A stretch of DNA of 64,000 nt from Thermoplasmata archaeon. Lineage in GTDB: Archaea > Thermoplasmatota > Thermoplasmata > Sysuiplasmatales > Sysuiplasmataceae. This document shows positions 57,458 to 64,000 of the stretch, in pieces. Numbering within the stretch: position 1 is the stretch's first letter; every line of letters begins with the position of its first letter. The notes under the pieces were generated by a model, which saw only the letters and a list, made by a program, of their open reading frames with translations, did no database searches and was not told the DNA's origin. Location of the stretch: positions 12,836-76,835 of the forward strand of contig JAJZXY010000001.1 of the NCBI GenBank assembly GCA_021806165.1, read 5' to 3'. The translations under genes were made by a program, and so were the position numbers.

Positions 57458-58393
57458 ATGAAAGCACTGGTGGTTGGAGGAACAGGTTTCATGGGCATGA
57501 GGCTGGTGTCGCACCTGCTCAGGGAGGGCGACGAGGTGACTCTCCTGACATCAGGAAGGAGGCCAAGCCCTTTCGGAGACGACGTCAGCATGGTCATGGC
57601 GGATGTGTTCGACAGGAAGTCATTCACCTCGGCAGTGGCAGATCTGGGGTATTTCGACATACTGTTCGACCAGCTCTGCTTCGATGCTGTTGACGCAAGG
57701 CTCATCGTGGACAACTTCTCGGGAAGGATCGGGCGGTGCATCATTGTTTCGAGCGGCGCAGTCTACCGCGACACGGGGACGCCTGTCCATGTGGGCGAGT
57801 TCACCGAAGAGGAATTCGATCCAACCTCCCATGTGCCTGGAGCGGGAGGCATGAACGAAGTGGGTTATGCAGAGGGGAAGAGGAATGCTGAGGCATACCT
57901 GTTCCAGAATGCACCGTTCCCGGTGGCTGCCGCCAGGTTCCCTGTGGTGATAGGGCATGACGACACCACCCTCAGATTCCAGGATTGCGTGGGAAGCATC
58001 ATGTCAGGTGTGAAGGTCGTCATACCCCCCGGCGGGGGAAGGCGCAATTTCATCTGGGTGGACGATGCAGGAAGGTTTCTCCACTGGCTTGGCGCCACCG
58101 GGAAGACCGGTGCGTACAATGGAGCCTCCGTCAAGGCTGTGACTGCGGTGGAGATTGCTGAAAGGATGGCTGCAGTTGTAGGCAGGAACGTGCATGTCGA
58201 GCTGGCCGAATCTGCTTCAAAGTATCCTTTCTACTACACCCCTGCCGATGCCCTCATATCGCCAGCCCGCGCTGTTTCGGAAGGATTCACATTCACCCAG
58301 TTCGAGAAGTGGTTTGACCAGGAGGTCAAGAAGGCGGCGGAGGGGAAGGGGTCGGACGTCACTTTCATGGACATCATCAGCCAGAAGAAGTGA
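57458..58393 (+). CDS. NAD-dependent epimerase/dehydratase (extended SDR)
   Basis: MKALVVGGTGFMG is the Rossmann motif, and there is a YxxxK-type region. Confidence 0.8.
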   Translation: MKALVVGGTGFMGMRLVSHLLREGDEVTLLTSGRRPSPFGDDVSMVMADVFDRKSFTSAVADLGYFDILFDQLCFDAVDARLIVDNFSGRIGRCIIVSSGAVYRDTGTPVHVGEFTEEEFDPTSHVPGAGGMNEVGYAEGKRNAEAYLFQNAPFPVAAARFPVVIGHDDTTLRFQDCVGSIMSGVKVVIPPGGGRRNFIWVDDAGRFLHWLGATGKTGAYNGASVKAVTAVEIAERMAAVVGRNVHVELAESASKYPFYYTPADALISPARAVSEGFTFTQFEKWFDQEVKKAAEGKGSDVTFMDIISQKK

Positions 58394-58800
58394 ATATGCG
58401 GCGGGGGTCAGTTGCGGCTGTTAATTATTATAACCGGAACATATTCTTTGCAGGAATGTCAGAATTAACACCGATCCTGCTCACTGCATTCGCAGCTCTC
58501 TTCTTTTTCCTCCCGGGGATGGCTGCAATCTTCGCCTTCTCCGGGAAGGGCAGCGCATACAGGAGGGACAGCCTGCACTTCATCACCGCCTCACTGGGCC
58601 TGAGCACGAGCATCACCATCATGGCGGTGCTGGCGGCGATCATAGCTTCGGGAGCCTCACACACCCCATTCCAGTTTTACGCGGTGCCGGCTGCTCTTGC
58701 ACTACTCACCTGCGCCTTCCTCGCCTATGCGGCGCTCAGCGGACGCCTGAGCCGGGAGAGCGCTCGCGATCCGCCCGTGGGAGGCGGCGGTTCACCATGA
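58390..58800 (+). CDS. small hypothetical membrane protein (3 TM)
   Basis: It has hydrophobic helices. The start is possibly at the internal MSELTPILL (about 58456). Confidence 0.3.
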   Translation: MNMRRGSVAAVNYYNRNIFFAGMSELTPILLTAFAALFFFLPGMAAIFAFSGKGSAYRRDSLHFITASLGLSTSITIMAVLAAIIASGASHTPFQFYAVPAALALLTCAFLAYAALSGRLSRESARDPPVGGGGSP

Positions 58801-59168
58801 GGCATGATGACAGATTCAACTACAAGCTGGTCGTGGTAGTCAGGACAGATCTCAGGCTTTCAGCCGGCAAGCTGGCGGTCCAGGTTGCACATGCGGCTGT
58901 CAGCTGCTCCCTCCTCTCGAAGGAGAGGGAGAAGCGCGTCTTTGACGCATGGTACGGGGAGGGCCAGAAGAAGGTTGTTGTCAAGGTGAAGAGTCTTGAG
59001 GAACTCTACTTCCTCAGGGATGCGGCTAGGGCAAGGGGGCTGACGAGCAGCCTTGTTGCCGACGCCGGCCTGACAGAAGTGCCTGCTGGAACGGTGACAT
59101 GCCTCGGCATAGGCCCGGCAGCCGACGTCGACATCGACCCGGTCACGGGCGATCTGGCGCTGATGTGA
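58797..59168 (+). CDS. pth2: peptidyl-tRNA hydrolase, archaeal/eukaryotic type (Pth2)
   Basis: YKLVVVVRTDLRLSAGKLAVQVAHAAVSC...GLTEVPAGTVTCLGIGPA is the Pth2 family. Confidence 0.9.
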   Translation: MRHDDRFNYKLVVVVRTDLRLSAGKLAVQVAHAAVSCSLLSKEREKRVFDAWYGEGQKKVVVKVKSLEELYFLRDAARARGLTSSLVADAGLTEVPAGTVTCLGIGPAADVDIDPVTGDLALM

Positions 59169-59169
59169 A

Positions 59170-59742
59170 TTGAAGAAGCAGCCGCGGGCGGCAGCATTCG
59201 ACGACGGCAAATTCTCATTCAGGAAGGGGAGGGTTGTCCTGGCAGGCGTGATCGTGCGCCTCCCTTCCTACGTCGAGGGGGCAATGCTGACAGACTGCGA
59301 GATCGACGGCAGGGACGCCGGAAGCAGCGTGATCCGCGCCATCTCCAACTCAAGGCTCAGGGAGCAGGTGAGAGTGATATTGCTGGACGGAATTGCCGCG
59401 GGCGGATTCAATATCTACGACCTGGACTGGATAAGCTCATCGACAGGGCTTCCCGTGATAAGCGTGACAAGGAGGCCACCCGACATCGGGGCCATGGAAC
59501 GTGCGCTCAGGAAGCACTTCAGCGACTGGGAGGAGAGGCTTGAGCTGGTGAGGCGGTACGCCCCCAGGCGCATAGGCAGGCCCGGGCTGGCAGTCTACTC
59601 AAGGGGCGTGGGCCTGACAGAGGACGAGGAGGCGGAGCTGCTCCTGGCATCCATCGTCAGGGGCAACTACCCCGAACCACTGCGCCTAGCGCACATATTC
59701 GCCGGGGCCACATCCGCCGGGGAATCGCGTGGAAAGGCCTGA
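59170..59742 (+). CDS. DUF99 (UPF0215) family protein, EndoV-like fold
   Basis: AAFDDGKFSF...VLAGVIVR...EGAMLTDCEIDGRDAG...ILLDGIAAGGFNIYD...PVISVTRR...PEPLRLAHIFA matches DUF99. It is adjacent to pth2, as is common in archaea. Confidence 0.8.
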   Translation: MKKQPRAAAFDDGKFSFRKGRVVLAGVIVRLPSYVEGAMLTDCEIDGRDAGSSVIRAISNSRLREQVRVILLDGIAAGGFNIYDLDWISSSTGLPVISVTRRPPDIGAMERALRKHFSDWEERLELVRRYAPRRIGRPGLAVYSRGVGLTEDEEAELLLASIVRGNYPEPLRLAHIFAGATSAGESRGKA

Positions 59743-61263
59743 CTACGCTCCCCCGCTCTCGCTCATCGTCTCCTTCAGCCTGCTCTCTGTGTCTATCTGG
59801 GCCTTCTGCAGCCTGTCGCTGTAATCGATGAATACGCTCTTCAGCTCTGTAAACTCCTCTATCGCGGAGGAGCCCGCCTCCCTGCCGCCCGTGCCCGTGT
59901 TCTTGACGCCACCGAACGGGAGGTGTATCTCAGCTCCTATTGTAGGCGCGTTGATGTATGTGATGCCGCTCTCAAGCTGCCTTATTGCCTGGAATGCCCT
60001 GTTCACGTCCATGGTGTATATCGCGGAGCTCAGACCGTACTGGACGCCGTTGGCAACTGAAACAGCCTCCGCGTAATCCTTCACCTTTATCACCGACAGC
60101 ACTGGCCCGAATATCTCCTCTGTGCTTATCCTCGAGCCGTGTCTGGTCTCAATCATTGTGGGCTGGATGTAGTTGCCCCGGGCGTATTCCCCGTCCTCCA
60201 GGGAGCCGCCTCCGGCGATGACGTGGCCGTCCTCCTTTCGTCCTATGTCGATGTAGCCCATTATGGATTCCTTCGCCTTCCTGTTTATCACCGGGCCCAT
60301 GTCGACCGACTCATCCGAGGGGTTGCCAACGCGCAGCTTCTCCACCCTGGCCGCAAGCATCTCCGTGATCTTCCCGAAGACACTTTCGTGTACTATCAGC
60401 CTGCTTGTGGCAGTGCACCGCTGTCCCGAGGTGCCGAATGCACCGAACAGCACACCCTCGACAGCAAGGTCAAGGTTTGCATCGTCCATCACTATGACAG
60501 GGTTCTTGCCTCCGAGCTCGAGATGGACCTGTATGAGCCTTCTTGCCCCGGCGGTATACACCTCCCTCCCTGTCGCAACTCCGCCCGTAAACGAGATTGC
60601 CCTTATCGAGGGATGGTTTATCAGAGGACTGCCCACCTCTGCACCTGTTCCAGGAACAAGGTTGATCACGCCTGGAGGGAAGCCGGCCTCGCTGATCATT
60701 TCCACAAATCTTGCAGCGCAGTATGGCGTGTCGGTGGCTGGCTTCAGCACCACTGAACACCCTGAAATCAGCGCCGCCCCCATCTTCCACGACGGTATGG
60801 ATACTGGGAAGTTCCAGGGCGTTATCATTCCTACCGGGCCCTTTGGCAGCCTGACGGTCAGGTTGAACTTGTCCGGCAGCTCGGACGGGGTGGTTTCGCC
60901 AAACATCCTCCTGCCCTCGCCTGCCATGTACTTGAAGAAGTCGATTGCCTCCTGCACCTCCCCCCTCCCTTCGCTGAGTATCTTTCCCATCTCCCGGGTG
61001 ACGAGGGATGCGAGCTCCTCCTTACCTCTTTCGAGGGCGAGAGCGGCCCTGAGCAGCACTTCCCCCCTCATGGGGGCCGGCATCTCCTTCCAGACCCTGT
61101 ATCCCCTGACTGCTGAAGCGACAGCCCTGTCCACATCTGCAGCATTCCCGCGCGCGAATCTTGCAAGCACCTCCCCGGTGGCGGGGTTGACCGTTTCAAA
61201 AAACTCCTTTCCCGACGCGTCGTTCCATTTGCCGTCTATGAATATGCCGAACTCCTTCACCAT
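59743..61263 (-). CDS. NAD(P)+-dependent aldehyde dehydrogenase
   Basis: The ALDH glutamate and cysteine active-site regions (LELGGKNP; FGTSGQRCTATSRLIV) and FTGGVATG are present. The start is set at MVKEFGIFIDGKW. Confidence 0.9.
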   Translation of the reverse strand: MVKEFGIFIDGKWNDASGKEFFETVNPATGEVLARFARGNAADVDRAVASAVRGYRVWKEMPAPMRGEVLLRAALALERGKEELASLVTREMGKILSEGRGEVQEAIDFFKYMAGEGRRMFGETTPSELPDKFNLTVRLPKGPVGMITPWNFPVSIPSWKMGAALISGCSVVLKPATDTPYCAARFVEMISEAGFPPGVINLVPGTGAEVGSPLINHPSIRAISFTGGVATGREVYTAGARRLIQVHLELGGKNPVIVMDDANLDLAVEGVLFGAFGTSGQRCTATSRLIVHESVFGKITEMLAARVEKLRVGNPSDESVDMGPVINRKAKESIMGYIDIGRKEDGHVIAGGGSLEDGEYARGNYIQPTMIETRHGSRISTEEIFGPVLSVIKVKDYAEAVSVANGVQYGLSSAIYTMDVNRAFQAIRQLESGITYINAPTIGAEIHLPFGGVKNTGTGGREAGSSAIEEFTELKSVFIDYSDRLQKAQIDTESRLKETMSESGGA

Positions 61264-61329
61264 TCTACCATCATCCTTTGACCACAACTATCCCGCATGC
61301 CATAAATTAAACGATCCCATCCGGTGAAG

Positions 61330-61337
61330 TTTATTAT
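61330..61337 (+). promoter_or_regulatory. TATA box of the tRNA-Leu gene
   Basis: TTTATTAT is centred about 29 bp upstream of tRNA position +1, the canonical archaeal spacing. Confidence 0.4.
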
Positions 61338-61362
61338 GCCCCCCGTCATCCTGACGGATCAT

Positions 61363-61460
61363 GCGGGAGTAGCTAAGCTCGGCCAACAGCGCAGGACTTA
61401 AGATACGATTGAGAAATTCTGTCCCGCAGGGGTCCGTGGGTTCGAATCCCTCCTCCCGCA
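61363..61460 (+). tRNA. tRNA-Leu (anticodon UAA) with a 13-nt intron between positions 37 and 38
   Basis: Folded by hand. The acceptor is GCGGGAG/CTCCCGC (7/7 pairs). The D-arm is GCTA...CAGC with a GG loop. The anticodon stem is CAGGA/TTCTG (one G-U) and the loop is CTTAAG|A, anticodon TAA at about 61399-61401. The intron is ATACGATTGAGAA (about 61403-61415). The long variable arm CCC-GCAG-GGG marks a class II tRNA. The T-arm GTGGG-TTCGAAT-CCCTC has the GGTTCGAATCC consensus. The discriminator is A and CCA is not encoded. Confidence 0.8.
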
Positions 61461-61527
61461 TTCACACCGCTGATACTGTCCGCCGGCGGAGGAGGATTAA
61501 TCCGTCGAAAGACGATATGCACCATCC

Positions 61528-62022
61528 ATGCCTGCACTTGAATCGCATGAAATCACTGTGATAGGCAGGGTGCACACAGCCTCCACCCCTGACGGGATAA
61601 GGGAAATGCCGAAGTGCATTCCGTCGGAGATAGAGGTATTTCCCGAATTCGAGGAGGGGCTGGACGGCATAGAGGGTTTTTCCCACATTTTCGTGATATG
61701 CTACTTCGACAGGCTGCGGCGTGAGCAGAAGGGAGTCATGAAGGTGAAGCCGAGGAGGCTTCTCAGGTTCGGCCTTTCGGAGGATGAACTACCTCTCCTT
61801 GGCGTCTTCTCCCTCGACTCGCCCTCAAGGCCCAACCCTCTCGGCCTCTCCCTGGCCAGCCTTGCAGGACGGGAGGGAAGGCGGCTCAAGGTGAATGGGC
61901 TGGACTGCTTCGACGGCACGCCCGTCGTGGACATCAAGCCATACCAGCCCTCATACAGGCCGGAATCGTTCAACATCCCCGCATGGCACCGTGAGCTGCA
62001 CGGCAAGCTGGAGCGAACGTGA
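61528..62022 (+). CDS. trmO: tRNA (adenine37-N6)-methyltransferase TrmO / TsaA-like (YaeB family)
   Basis: VIGRVHT...FSHIFVICYFD...PNPLGLSLASL...NGLDCFDGTPVVDIKPY are UPF0066/TrmO-family signatures. Confidence 0.8.
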   Translation: MPALESHEITVIGRVHTASTPDGIREMPKCIPSEIEVFPEFEEGLDGIEGFSHIFVICYFDRLRREQKGVMKVKPRRLLRFGLSEDELPLLGVFSLDSPSRPNPLGLSLASLAGREGRRLKVNGLDCFDGTPVVDIKPYQPSYRPESFNIPAWHRELHGKLERT

Positions 62023-62338
62023 GGCAGCCATCCGGGGTTATGATCCCTCTTCAGCAGCATATATTGTCCCGGTGTGCGCAAACAGGCCTTCGGCCGTGAT
62101 TTCGCCGCCCTTTCCATGCGGATGCTCGGATAAATCGACTCGCTGCCGACGTGGAACGTTCCACCTCCGTGGGGAGGCCCGTTACTTATGACAGTTCCAT
62201 CGTAGTTCGGCACGGCAGCCCACGGACCACGCTTTCAGACGTGGGGCATGGAGGCCCGGCCGCCACAGCCGCCAGGAAAACATTCTCCGCTCCCTCCTGA
62301 CGACCAGTATTTCTATATGGAGCGCCTCTCAGGAGGCG

Positions 62339-62887
62339 ATGGGCAGGCCTATTGTCAGGGAAGGGTCCGGCATCTCTCTCGGCATCCTTGAGAGGTCTGA
62401 TATTCCACAGCTGTATGCTGAGTTCAACACTCCTGATGTAAGGCGGTACCTGACAGGAAGAGAGCGGGCTGTCTCACTTGAAGCAGCATACCAGATGTAT
62501 GACAGTGCGCAGAAGGACACTTCAACAATGACGTATGCAGTGGCCGTCAACGCGCTGAGAGGGAAGGGAAGCTCCGATCTTGCTGGAACGGTGGCACTGA
62601 ACCACATAGACTGGGCAAACAGGCGCGCCGAGGTGGCGTACATCCTGTTCAGAAAATACTGGGGAAAGGGGTACGGCACCGAAGCACTCTCGCTTGCGGT
62701 CATGCAGGCCTTCTGGACGCTGAACCTCAGGAAGCTCACAGCAACAGTCTGCAGGCCAAACAGGCCATCGGTAAAGGTGCTTGAGAAGAACGGCTTTCGC
62801 AAGGCTGTCACATTTACAAATCATGTATATGTCGAGCATGAAGGGTACGTTGACGAGTTCATCTATGAATTGTTCAGGCAGGAATGA
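62339..62887 (+). CDS. GNAT family N-acetyltransferase (RimJ/RimL-like), paralog 1
   Basis: The acetyl-CoA binding motif is FRKYWGKGYGTEAL. This paralog is about 45-50% identical to the next gene. Confidence 0.8.
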   Translation: MGRPIVREGSGISLGILERSDIPQLYAEFNTPDVRRYLTGRERAVSLEAAYQMYDSAQKDTSTMTYAVAVNALRGKGSSDLAGTVALNHIDWANRRAEVAYILFRKYWGKGYGTEALSLAVMQAFWTLNLRKLTATVCRPNRPSVKVLEKNGFRKAVTFTNHVYVEHEGYVDEFIYELFRQE

Positions 62888-63097
62888 CTGAGCAGGGGCG
62901 GGAACCGGGGGCGAGAGCATGAAGTCTCCCGGCCGCAGTCCGCTTTCCGCCCTCAGAGGTGTGGAAACAAGGACAGCGGTCAGGGCGGAATGTGAAGGAA
63001 AGACAGGCAGGGAGAGGTACTTAGACTATGTGCTGAAAAGGAGTGAAGGGCTCCGACCTCCGGATTCCTTTTTAATGCGCACTCCCTACCCGTTTCC

Positions 63098-63658
63098 ATG
63101 GGCAGGCCCATTCTCAGGAGAGGGAAGAGCGTGTCTCTCGGAATACATGTCAGGGAGGAGATTCCAGAAATGTACTCGGAGTTTGCCGACTTCGAAGTGC
63201 AGAGGTTCCTGGGGAGGCCGGACAGGCTCTACACTCTCGATTCGGAATACGAATGGTTCGAGTCCATTCCGAAAAAAGAGGACATGAGGGTGCTTGCCAT
63301 CCTCCTCAACAGGAAAAACTCTTCGGGGCGGCAGGGTCATGACCACCTGCTTATTGGTAACATCGGCATCCATCTCATTGACCGGGTAAGCTCGAAGGCT
63401 GAGATCGGCTACCTGCTGTTCAGGAAATACTGGGGCAGGGGGTATGGCACGGAGGCTGTTTCTCTTGTGGTGGATTATGCCTTCCAGACGCTCAATCTCA
63501 GGAAGCTCACAGCGCGCGTTTTTGAGCCGAATGGTGCTTCCTCCGCAGTGCTGATGAAGAACGGCTTCAGGCTCGCGGGCAGGCTCAGGGAGCACCAGTA
63601 CATCAATTCCATCGGATATGTGGATGAGCTGTACTACGAGCTTCACCGCGGCAGCTGA
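63098..63658 (+). CDS. GNAT family N-acetyltransferase (RimJ/RimL-like), paralog 2
   Basis: FRKYWGRGYGTEAV is present, and the protein is collinear with the preceding paralog from MGRPI(V/L)R to the C-terminus. Confidence 0.8.
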   Translation: MGRPILRRGKSVSLGIHVREEIPEMYSEFADFEVQRFLGRPDRLYTLDSEYEWFESIPKKEDMRVLAILLNRKNSSGRQGHDHLLIGNIGIHLIDRVSSKAEIGYLLFRKYWGRGYGTEAVSLVVDYAFQTLNLRKLTARVFEPNGASSAVLMKNGFRLAGRLREHQYINSIGYVDELYYELHRGS

Positions 63659-63887
63659 CGGACTCGCCTGCCACTTGGAGTGTGAGATATTGTCACTGTT
63701 CCTTCCGGCTTCAGTGCGCACTGTCAGGGATAGGGTGTGCGACCTCCCCGCCCAGTTCAGTCCTGCGAAACCTATTTATGCAAAATCATTTTGCTAGGAG
63801 TCGAGTCGGCCGCTGATACATAACCCCATTATGTTCTTTCGGCGGAACGTGGCCGCACCCGCGCCACTGCCAACCAGAGGAATCTTA

Positions 63888-64000
63888 ATGCCACGAGGAA
63901 TGAACACAGCAAGGAAGCTCAGCGGAACCCGCAAGCGGTTCAGGTGGAGCGAAAAGGCGTACAAGAAGAGAATACTTCATCTCAAGGAGAAATCCGACCC
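63888..64000 (+). CDS. rps12: 30S ribosomal protein uS12 (S12/S23e type), N-terminal part; continues beyond window
   Basis: This ORF is absent from the track (it is too short). MPRGMNTARKLSGTRKRFRWSEKAYKKRILHLKEKSDP matches the archaeal uS12 N-terminus (AARKL...RKKFRWSD..YKKR.L.LKEK.DPL). Confidence 0.7.
   Translation, partial: MPRGMNTARKLSGTRKRFRWSEKAYKKRILHLKEKSD

Noticed and set aside
61392-61422. Reading the tRNA as an intron-less species with anticodon loop ACTTAAG (anticodon UUA, an ochre suppressor)
   Set aside because: That fold has no 3' anticodon-stem partner. The 13-nt intron model instead gives a complete CAGGA/TTCTG stem, U33, G37 and a class II variable arm consistent with tRNA-Leu.
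63774-63793. The AT-rich stretch tatttatgcaaaatcattttgc as the rps12 promoter or a terminator
   Set aside because: It lies about 110 bp upstream of the uS12 ATG and has no clear BRE/TATA spacing to any start site. It could equally be a T-rich terminator of the GNAT genes, and the sequence alone cannot decide.
1-64000. CRISPR arrays, IS elements, integrases or prophage genes (especially near the tRNA-Leu gene)
   Set aside because: I found no spaced direct repeats, transposase/integrase-like ORFs or att-like duplications of the tRNA 3' end. The tandem GNAT genes are protein-level paralogs, not a DNA repeat array.

Overview
This 64 kb window is high-GC (~60%) and comes from an archaeon. The archaeal calls are an archaeosine tRNA-guanine transglycosylase with PUA tail, Pth2, DUF99, a Pcc1-like gene, and an archaeal/eukaryotic-type uS12 N-terminus at the 3' edge. 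There is also an intron-containing tRNA-Leu(UAA) preceded by a TATA box, and kdpFABC followed by a tandem-USP gene. Secreted proteins are membrane-anchored and rich in N-glycosylation sequons. Gene density is high on both strands, and many track ORFs are antisense shadow ORFs typical of GC-rich DNA.

Content in order:
(1) 1-16.7 kb is a sugar/peptide catabolic island whose best-supported genes are bacterial-type peptidoglycan (MurNAc/muropeptide) recycling enzymes. These are a MurQ etherase C-terminus, a DUF871/MupG-like 6-phospho-N-acetylmuramidase, a GH3 NagZ-like beta-N-acetylhexosaminidase, a five-gene Opp/Dpp-type ABC importer and a beta-lactamase-fold serine hydrolase. Accessory genes are two alkaline-phosphatase-superfamily enzymes (a sulfatase-like protein with Thr in place of the formylglycine Cys, and an NPP-like phosphodiesterase), a beta-propeller glycosidase-like protein and a DUF3604/PHP-like metallohydrolase.
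(2) 17-27 kb holds miscellaneous enzymes and two heavily sequon-decorated surface glycoproteins. The enzymes are a prenyltransferase-repeat protein, an alpha/beta hydrolase, a YcaQ/AlkZ-like wHTH DNA glycosylase, a class V aminotransferase, a SAM methyltransferase and an FAH-family hydrolase.
(3) 23.6-51.6 kb contains an unusual number of disrupted genes. These are a TspO (in-frame TAA plus frameshift), an ABC-2 ATPase plus permease (multiple stops and frameshifts), an MFS transporter (5' truncation plus in-frame TAA), a cytidine deaminase (single in-frame TAA), a GH57 glycosidase (frameshifts) and a DUF4242 fragment. This is either local genome decay or assembly error.
(4) An acyl-CoA cluster: thiolase, a DUF35-like Zn-ribbon, an OYE/2,4-dienoyl-CoA-reductase-like flavoenzyme and a family III CoA-transferase.
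(5) kdpF-kdpA-kdpB-kdpC plus a tandem universal-stress-protein gene (KdpQ-like), with no KdpDE in the window.
(6) Housekeeping genes: purM, rlmE, peroxiredoxin, MscS, archaeosine TGT, Pth2, DUF99, ALDH, TrmO, two tandem GNAT paralogs and rps12.

No CRISPR array, transposase, integrase or rRNA was found. Coordinates of features I derived by hand (tRNA, pseudogene boundaries, small ORFs, promoters) may be off by 1-2 nt.
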